Positions 8,705 through 15,016 of a stretch of 32,000 nt of DNA are shown in pieces (positions within the stretch are counted from its first letter, which is position 1; the number at the start of each line of letters is the position of its first letter). The notes beneath the pieces are model-generated. The model was not told the DNA's origin, ran no database searches, and saw only the letters and a program-made list of their open reading frames with translations. Source of the stretch: Acaryochloris marina S15 (GTDB lineage Bacteria; Cyanobacteriota; Cyanobacteriia; Thermosynechococcales; Thermosynechococcaceae); NCBI RefSeq assembly GCF_018336915.1, contig NZ_CP064923.1, positions 5,760,001 through 5,792,000 on the forward strand. Reading direction: 5' to 3'. A program made the translations under genes and the position numbers.

Positions 8705-8817
8705 GCGCTTAACCTTAAATAATGTGTGAATTTAGGTCTATGCCTTACCCACAAATATGGAAAACATCCCTTAGCAAAACTTTCATGGCTTAGAGGTAAG
8801 GCATAGGTTAAAGAGCG
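8705..8817 (-). promoter_or_regulatory. Structured leader: long-range inverted repeat abutting the start codon of the 131-aa gene and enclosing a 13-codon mini-ORF
   Basis: The 12-nt perfect arms 8738-8749 (CTATGCCTTACC) and 8795-8806 (GGTAAGGCATAG) are extended by 8706-8714 pairing with 8806-8817 (2-nt bulge). The mini-ORF at 8786..8745 (ATG AAA GTT TTG CTA AGG GAT GTT TTC CAT ATT TGT GGG TAA) lies between the arms. Confidence 0.35.
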
Positions 8818-8908
8818 TCTAATATCTTCGGCACCACTGTTTGAAACAAGGCTGATTAGAATGAAAAGTATATCTTTTCAGCTTGGTTCAGCAGAACCGC
8901 AGAAACTG

Positions 8909-9643
8909 TTATCGATCATCAATTATGATTAAAGGCTGAGTATTTTGGGTCGACGGAAGTTCAGGTGATGTTATTTTTGAATTTCTGTCTTTAGACAAAG
9001 CCTCCTCGACATTTTTCTCTACTTTTGGTGGAGTTGAACCGACTGGTGTTGGCGGCGGATCAATAGCTTTTACAATTGCCCGACAAGGAAATAAACCAGC
9101 AACAGGTCCATCTTGATTGAATGCAGGTTGATCAAAATTGATGTGAAGCGAATATAGATAGTAGCACTCTTGAACTAACTCTGACTGGAACTTTGCGGTC
9201 CCTATTTGATTTTCGATATCAAATGCTCTTGCTTGAGCCTCAAATAGTTTTTTACAAGATTTACTCAGACTTCCTCCAATTGGGATAGTCAATCCAGCAG
9301 TAACACCAAAGTTATTTAAGTTAGAATTCGCAGTTTCATTCAACCCAGTAGGAGGAAGAATTATTGGATTAGCATTATTTGTTGCCCTACCAAAAAAGCT
9401 ACCAATTGTAAATGATGGAACAGGACAAGTTCTGTTTGAGTCCAATGTAAACTTACTTTCGGTTGGACCTGTAGCAGTAACATTTGTAAGGCTTGGGCTA
9501 GTACTACCGAAAGTCGTTGTCTGTGCTTTACTGATTTTTGCGGAGGCACATAATAGCACTAACATCGCAGAGAAAGGTATAAAAAACTTCCTCTTAATTA
9601 GAAGATAATAAGTCAACCAATTACATCTATAATCTTGAGCCAT
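8909..9643 (-). CDS. Hypothetical secreted protein
   Basis: 244-aa ORF. Its signal-peptide-like N-terminus is KRKFFIPFSAMLVLLCASAKISKA/Q. The mature part is Thr/Ser/Asn-rich with several Cys, and the C-terminal third is Pro-rich. No family recognised. AT-rich. Confidence 0.5.
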   Translation of the reverse strand: MAQDYRCNWLTYYLLIKRKFFIPFSAMLVLLCASAKISKAQTTTFGSTSPSLTNVTATGPTESKFTLDSNRTCPVPSFTIGSFFGRATNNANPIILPPTGLNETANSNLNNFGVTAGLTIPIGGSLSKSCKKLFEAQARAFDIENQIGTAKFQSELVQECYYLYSLHINFDQPAFNQDGPVAGLFPCRAIVKAIDPPPTPVGSTPPKVEKNVEEALSKDRNSKITSPELPSTQNTQPLIIIDDR

Positions 9644-9805
9644 AGGTCTTCACAACAAAAACAACATCATTATCACAGCGCTACGAAGATGTATGCAAAA
9701 GTTTGTAACTGAAGCAGGAATTCGATTTTAATCATTAGGAACTAAGAAAGAAAATGAATATCAGCTTTTTACTGGCTTCTCATACATCCTCTTAGCTACT
9801 TAGTT

Positions 9806-9970
9806 TTAATCATCTCTTCTTGTAAGGGCGGGCTTTATTTTATGTATCAAGATTAAATTGTCATGATCATTAGGATCTCTCACAACAATGAATTTTTCAT
9901 TGTCATATGTAAATGTCTGGCCCTCTGGATATTCATCTGTAGGTGGATATGTCTCTGTAACTATTGGCAT
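9806..9970 (-). CDS. Small hypothetical acidic protein (54 aa from the ATG; 60 aa if the TTG at 9988 is used)
   Basis: ORF MPIVTETYPPTDEYPEGQTFTYDNEKFIVVRDPNDHDNLILIHKIKPALTRRDD. A GAGGG lies about 13 nt upstream of the ATG. No family recognised. Confidence 0.35.
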   Translation of the reverse strand: MPIVTETYPPTDEYPEGQTFTYDNEKFIVVRDPNDHDNLILIHKIKPALTRRDD

Positions 9971-10467
9971 GTCATTACCAACCCTCAAAATAATTAGGAC
10001 TATATTTTTGAACTCAGTATGCAGAGTCTATAAACCATGAGAATCTATGATTCGCTTATAAATATATGGAAAACACTTCCAGCTAGTCAGTGTTAAAAAG
10101 AGATTTAAAGTGCCTAATCTCTGTTAAGAAATATATTTATTTCAAACTTATGATAAGTCTCTATATTCTCTCTAAGTCAGGGAGCATATCACTTTTTTGA
10201 AAGAGTACTCAGATTATGCCCAACCTAATCGATTTGGTAGTGCTGAGGGCACACAAAACCGGATCGCTTATTTTTATCTCAAAAAATTAATACATTCCCT
10301 GAGCCATTACATTGACTGAGTTAATACTCCAACTAAAAATTGTCAAAACAATAAAAAATTTCAAGACTGCATAATTCATTTGCCGAGAACTGACAATTAG
10401 CATAGAAGGATGTGATCTAAATTACATTCATGCTTGTTGGAATACTCTACTTGTACAGACAATCACG

Positions 10468-11970
10468 ATGACTATTGAGGATGCCTTAGACCTAATAGAT
10501 ACAGCCCTTGATCCTTCTTGCTTCAAGAACCTCCACCAAGATATCTTTCGCTTATCCTGGCAAGGCAAATCCTATCAAGAAATAGCTGAAACCTGTGGCT
10601 ATGATACCGATTACGTCAGACATGTTGGCTATCAACTTTGGCAAAACCTCTCTCAAGCCTTGGCACAAAAAGTGACTAAAAGGAACTTACAAGTTGTCTT
10701 CCGTCGCTTAGAACAACAAAGCCGAATCTTAAGTAATGACGTAGAAGAGATTGCCAGTCTTGTTCTCACTCCTCAATATGCTAAAAGCAATATCAATGCA
10801 TATCCCACTAAAGTTGAACTCGTCTCAGATCAAACAATCTACCCATTTCTATGGTCTGATTCACCTAACCGTCTCTATCCCAACCATAGTCAGCTTTTTG
10901 TAGGCCGCCAACAAGAACAGCAAACTCTATGTCAGTGGCTAACTCGTTCGGGACAAGACCAAACACGTCCTGTTCAACTCATTAGTCTTTTAGGCATGGC
11001 AGGAATTGGCAAAACCTCCCTAGTTCAACAAGTGATTCATCAGATACAAGGTCACTTTCAAAAAGTTATTTGGTGCTCCCTTCGTAATGCACCAACCTTT
11101 ACTGAAACCTTTGCCAACATAGTCAATGCCGATGAGCAAACAACCTCACAATGGCCTACTCATATCGATGCCCAAATCGACATTCTGATGCACTATTTCC
11201 GTCAGCATCGGTGCTTATTGGTTTTAGATAACTTTGAAACCATCTTGCAACCAGGGCAAATGGGAGGAAGCTATCGACCAAATCATCAAGCCTATGGCCA
11301 ACTTCTTAGGCATCTGATGGATTCCTCCCACCAAAGTTGTGTTCTACTGACTAGTCGAGAACAACCCATTGGCATTAACTTGCGCAATCAACCCACTGTA
11401 CAAACCCTGTATTTACAAGGACTTTCACTCTCAGAAACCTATACCCTCTTAAACCATCAGGAGGTAGAGGCAACCCAAACCGATGCTGAAACCTTAAACG
11501 CTTACTATGGGGGCAATCCCTATGCACTTAAAGTTGCAGCAACTAATGTCACATCTTTGTTTCACTGCCAAGTTGCTGAATGGATAAAACAGGGCAACTT
11601 TGTATTTGGAACCATTCAGCAACTCTTAAAACAACAGCTCCAACGACTAGCACCTCCCGAGCAGCAGATTGTTAACTTTATTGCTTCAGAGACGGGCCAT
11701 GTCACCTTAGATCAACTGCATGAAGCATTAGTTCTAAAAGATCTCGTTTCAACTACCGATCTTTTGCCTGCATTGCAATCTCTTCAGAGTCGCTCCTTAC
11801 TCTGTAACCAGGAGGATGGTTTTCGACTTTTGCCTTATCTCCGTGAATATGTGTGTGGTTACCAGACCCCTGTTGGTGCAAACAATAGAGCCAGTACACC
11901 TGCAGTATTGACGAGTTTTCAGCCTGCGGCGCTGACCTTCTCTACTTCTCTGCCCTTAGCTCATCGCTAA
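10468..11970 (+). CDS. STAND NTPase: N-terminal LuxR/sigma70-region-4-like HTH, then an NB-ARC ATPase and winged helix, with no C-terminal WD40/TPR sensor
   Basis: 500 aa. The HTH-like segment is SYQEIAETCGYDTDYVRHVGYQLWQNL. NB-ARC motifs are FVGRQQE, Walker A GMAGIGKTS (10993-11019), Walker B CLLVLDNFE (11212-11238), LLTSRE and GGNPYALKV (GLPL-like). A helical/winged-helix region follows (LQSLQSRSLL). Confidence 0.75.
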   Translation: MTIEDALDLIDTALDPSCFKNLHQDIFRLSWQGKSYQEIAETCGYDTDYVRHVGYQLWQNLSQALAQKVTKRNLQVVFRRLEQQSRILSNDVEEIASLVLTPQYAKSNINAYPTKVELVSDQTIYPFLWSDSPNRLYPNHSQLFVGRQQEQQTLCQWLTRSGQDQTRPVQLISLLGMAGIGKTSLVQQVIHQIQGHFQKVIWCSLRNAPTFTETFANIVNADEQTTSQWPTHIDAQIDILMHYFRQHRCLLVLDNFETILQPGQMGGSYRPNHQAYGQLLRHLMDSSHQSCVLLTSREQPIGINLRNQPTVQTLYLQGLSLSETYTLLNHQEVEATQTDAETLNAYYGGNPYALKVAATNVTSLFHCQVAEWIKQGNFVFGTIQQLLKQQLQRLAPPEQQIVNFIASETGHVTLDQLHEALVLKDLVSTTDLLPALQSLQSRSLLCNQEDGFRLLPYLREYVCGYQTPVGANNRASTPAVLTSFQPAALTFSTSLPLAHR

Positions 11971-12369
11971 ACTCCACCGCTGAATCCAAGTCACCAATTC
12001 TTCTGGTAGGGGTTGGCGTTGCCGATTAATGGGATTAATGCACACATGCCGAATTGTCGCTTTGGCAATCAAGCGTTCCCCTTTATTTACCGCCGTAATG
12101 TTGTAGCGAACTTCAAATTCATCTTCCGCTATTTGATGGGTACTTAGTTGGAGGGTTAACTGATCGCCACAAAAACTGGGTTTAAGGAAATCAATATCTG
12201 CATGGATGATCGGTGTTGCCGTATCCGGGTTGCTAAAGAATGTGCGGATATCAACTCCTGATCCCATGAGTGAATCTTCAAAGGCCTCATGGCAGATATC
12301 AAGTGCACTGGTGAAATAGACTACCCCCGCAGCATCGGTATCTTGGAGACGAACGGTACGTGTGTACAT
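11956..12369 (-). CDS. 1,4-dihydroxy-2-naphthoyl-CoA thioesterase (hotdog fold, phylloquinone pathway, Slr0204-type)
   Basis: YTRTVRLQDTDAAGVVYF...CHEAFEDSL...HADIDFLKPSFCGDQL...RHVCINP...PLPEEL matches the cyanobacterial DHNA-CoA hydrolase pattern from memory. I prefer the ATG at 12369 (MYTRTV) over the ORF-track start at 12408. Confidence 0.65.
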   Translation of the reverse strand: MYTRTVRLQDTDAAGVVYFTSALDICHEAFEDSLMGSGVDIRTFFSNPDTATPIIHADIDFLKPSFCGDQLTLQLSTHQIAEDEFEVRYNITAVNKGERLIAKATIRHVCINPINRQRQPLPEELVTWIQRWSLAMS

Positions 12370-12464
12370 GGGCCACTGTATAAAACTGAATATTAAGAGG
12401 ATAGACACAGATGGTCCCTTCTCGATCAGTCAATGTTTTTTTGCTGAAAGAGAGAAATTCGACA

Positions 12465-13334
12465 TTAGCCTTCCTTCAACAAATAGGCACACCCTGCACC
12501 CATCATCTCAGCCCCAACATTGACAAATCGATAAATGGCGACTGCTGCTAACAACAGCCCAGGAGACAGATATGGATGCAAGATATCAATGGCTGAGGCT
12601 TCAAATACGCCCATACCTGCTGGTGTGGGAATGACTAAACTCAGTAGCCAAGCCATGCTAAAACCACTCATCAATGGACTGAGGGCTGACCAATTAATAG
12701 GTGTGAAGGCCAAGACAATCAGGATAAACATGAGCCCTCGTAACACCATGAATAAGATTGCGCCTAGTAAAACTCGCAGCGGGTAGTATTGCATCTTGAC
12801 GCTACTCACTTGCTTGCCCTTGAGTTTACGAACGTACTGCCACAAAAAATTGAGAACTCGGGGATGGAGAACCAGTAAAATAACGCCTAGCAATGCCCCA
12901 AGCAAAAGACCATAAGACGTGTTCCATAACGCCAGTCCTATGGCGGCAGCAATGACGAATAGTGGCTCTAATAAAACACTCAACGTTGCTAATTCAAGCC
13001 CTAAGCCTTTTTTCTGAGCGGCTTTGACCTGGCCGTATAAGTGCCACACACTGCCTGGAATATATTTAGCGGGGGTATGTCTTAAGAAGGTGATGATGGC
13101 CCACCGTTTGGGGAGTGGATGCTTAAAAGCGGCTAAAATCCAGCACCATAATATACCTAACCAGAGTTGTGCGAAGAGTGCGATCGCAAATGCCATACCC
13201 CCATATAACCAAGCCTGTTGCTGTAATTCCAGGGCTTTGACATCCTGCCAATGACTCAGCAGAGTCTTAGTCAAAAAAATGAGGGTTGCCCCTAATATTC
13301 CCCAGCGAATAAAAAATTTGAAGTACCGATGCAT
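12465..13334 (-). CDS. Polytopic membrane protein, UPF0104 / LPG-synthase-TM (flippase-like) family
   Basis: 289 aa with 7-8 hydrophobic segments. The AKYIPGSVWH motif is typical of this family (from memory). Confidence 0.5.
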   Translation of the reverse strand: MHRYFKFFIRWGILGATLIFLTKTLLSHWQDVKALELQQQAWLYGGMAFAIALFAQLWLGILWCWILAAFKHPLPKRWAIITFLRHTPAKYIPGSVWHLYGQVKAAQKKGLGLELATLSVLLEPLFVIAAAIGLALWNTSYGLLLGALLGVILLVLHPRVLNFLWQYVRKLKGKQVSSVKMQYYPLRVLLGAILFMVLRGLMFILIVLAFTPINWSALSPLMSGFSMAWLLSLVIPTPAGMGVFEASAIDILHPYLSPGLLLAAVAIYRFVNVGAEMMGAGCAYLLKEG

Positions 13335-13555
13335 GAACCTATTCCTAACTGCCCCCGGCTCTGCCCATAAGGTACCCAGTTCAACGGTGGGTCTGTAGTG
13401 TAGACAAAAGACTTAACCCTTTGCATGTGCCCATCATGTGCGATCTGTCCCAGTTGATGTTGTATGGTGAGTCACATGAGCATTTCAAAGGAAAGGGTTG
13501 TAGTCCACTCAAGTTTTTGAAGCAACCCTCATCGGACTATTCGTCTTCAAACATC

Positions 13556-13981
13556 ATGAAAGACATCGGACTCACCCATATTGCCCTCCCGGTGGCAGAT
13601 ATTCATCGCAGTATTGAGTTTTATGCCACCTATGCTCAGATGCAGGTGGTTCACAAACGCCTAGACGGAGCATCAGGTATTCCAGTGGTGTGGTTATCGG
13701 ATGGTATCCGACCTTTTGTAATTGTGTTAATTCAAAAAGAAGTGGTGCATCCGGTGTTGTCTCCATTGGCCCACTTGGGAGTTGGTTGCTCAAGTCGAGA
13801 AGAATTGGATCAACTCTGTGATCAAGCTAAACAAAAAGGAATTCTTTTAGATGGTCCCCAAGATGCTGGCTATCCCGTTGGTTATTGGGCCTTTCTACAG
13901 GATCCCGATGGTCACACCTTAGAATTATCCTATGGTCAGGAAGTCGGCTTAACTGTACAGGAAGCCATCCAACAAGCCTAA
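13556..13981 (+). CDS. VOC-family (glyoxalase/bleomycin resistance/dioxygenase fold) protein
   Basis: MKDIGLTHIALPVADIHRSIEFY...DPDGHTLELSYG is a typical VOC start and end. The ORF-track start at 13421 adds 45 non-conserved-looking residues. Confidence 0.7.
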   Translation: MKDIGLTHIALPVADIHRSIEFYATYAQMQVVHKRLDGASGIPVVWLSDGIRPFVIVLIQKEVVHPVLSPLAHLGVGCSSREELDQLCDQAKQKGILLDGPQDAGYPVGYWAFLQDPDGHTLELSYGQEVGLTVQEAIQQA

Positions 13982-14122
13982 AGACCCTCTCAAATAACAT
14001 AAGCTCATCGGCAAAATCCTCGTAAGCCTTGGCAAATCGACTTCAGCTATCCCACCCTCCTCCAGCAAGATCGGTATACTGATAAACGGTTGGTTGAACA
14101 AGCGGTAAGGCACAAATTCCAT

Positions 14123-14959
14123 ATGCAAGATAGTCGCAATAATAATTTGATCACGTTTGCTAGCGTTGCCTTAATTTTAGTCGTCGTCGTCTTCAGTAGT
14201 TTTTTTGTGATTAACCCTGGCCAAGCGGGGGTCGTCAGCATTTTAGGAAAAGCTAGAGATACTGCTTTCTTAGAAGGAATTCACCTCAAGCCCCCTGTCA
14301 TTTCAGCTGTCGATGTCTATGACCTCACAGTTCAGAAATTTGAAGTTCCAGCTCAAAGTTCGACCAAAGATCTGCAAGATCTCAATGCTCGCTTTGCCAT
14401 TAATTTCCGTCTTGACCCGATGCAAGTCGTTGAAATTCGCCGTACTCAAGGCACCCTTGCGAACATCGTCTCTAAAATCATTGCCCCTCAAACTCAAGAA
14501 TCCTTTAAGATCACAGCTGCAAGAAGAACAGTTGAAGAATCCATTACCCAAAGAGCAGAACTCAAGCGAGATTTTGATGATGTATTGGAGAAGCGTTTAG
14601 AGAAATACGGCATTATGGTGCTCGATACCAGCGTCATTGACTTAGAATTTTCACCTGAATTTGCCAAGTCTGTGGAAGATAAGCAGGTCGCAGAACAACG
14701 GTCGAAAAGAGCAGTTTTCGTTGCCCAAGAAGCTGAGCAACAAGCCCAGGCAGATATTAATCGCGCCAAAGGCAAGGCTGAAGCCCAAAGATTATTAGCC
14801 GAAACCCTCAAAGCCCAAGGTGGCAATCTAGTCCTCCAAAAAGAAGCAATCTCAGCTTGGCAAGAAGGAGGGTCTCAAATGCCAGAAGTTCTAGTAACAG
14901 GTAGTTCTGAACAAGCGAATGCACCATTCCTGTTCAATTTTAATGACTCGTCTAAATAA
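14123..14959 (+). CDS. SPFH/band-7 prohibitin-family membrane protein
   Basis: It has an N-terminal TM (LITFASVALILVVVVFSSFFV), an SPFH core (VINPGQAGVV...LGK...GIHLKPP...) and a coiled-coil AEQ-rich region. I prefer the ATG at 14123. Confidence 0.8.
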   Translation: MQDSRNNNLITFASVALILVVVVFSSFFVINPGQAGVVSILGKARDTAFLEGIHLKPPVISAVDVYDLTVQKFEVPAQSSTKDLQDLNARFAINFRLDPMQVVEIRRTQGTLANIVSKIIAPQTQESFKITAARRTVEESITQRAELKRDFDDVLEKRLEKYGIMVLDTSVIDLEFSPEFAKSVEDKQVAEQRSKRAVFVAQEAEQQAQADINRAKGKAEAQRLLAETLKAQGGNLVLQKEAISAWQEGGSQMPEVLVTGSSEQANAPFLFNFNDSSK

Positions 14960-15016
14960 GCGACTTTGATGGGTCAATAGCTATACGCATTAGGAAGTAG
15001 CAGCCAAAGTGCCACC

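Noticed and set aside
10099-10398. Small palindromes in the 480-bp AT-rich spacer: AGAGATT-N10-AATCTCT at 10099-10122, and AATTGTCA at 10338 with TGACAATT at 10391.
   Set aside because: In DNA with under 30% GC, 7-8 bp inverted repeats arise easily by chance. They have no second copy and no positional logic. I kept only the bipartite motif that recurs upstream of two genes.
4250-13183. Absence of HIP1 (GCGATCGC) from the AT-rich islet, considered as extra evidence of foreign origin.
   Set aside because: The HIP1-free stretch spans about 9 kb and includes clearly native genes (lepB x2, ilvD, thioesterase). The absence is therefore not specific to the islet and is not informative at this sample size.
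13421-13555. N-terminal extensions offered by the maximal ORFs. These are VOC at 13421, thioesterase at 12408, ssb at 26652, NOX5 at 17080, ABC ATPase at 24019, prohibitin at 14090, DUF1499 TTG at 3093 and secreted ORFan TTG at 22043.
   Set aside because: In each case an internal ATG gives an N-terminus that matches the family's usual start or yields a proper signal peptide. The extension adds non-conserved-looking residues or overlaps a neighbouring gene.
14993-15000. GGAAGTAG in the prohibitin/NOX5 intergenic region, which recalled the conserved core of the cyanobacterial glutamine (glnA-type) riboswitch.
   Set aside because: The flanking sequence lacks the other conserved elements (the CGTTCACC... 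and ...GGAACGC closing helices). The site also sits between two convergent stop codons, not in a 5' leader.
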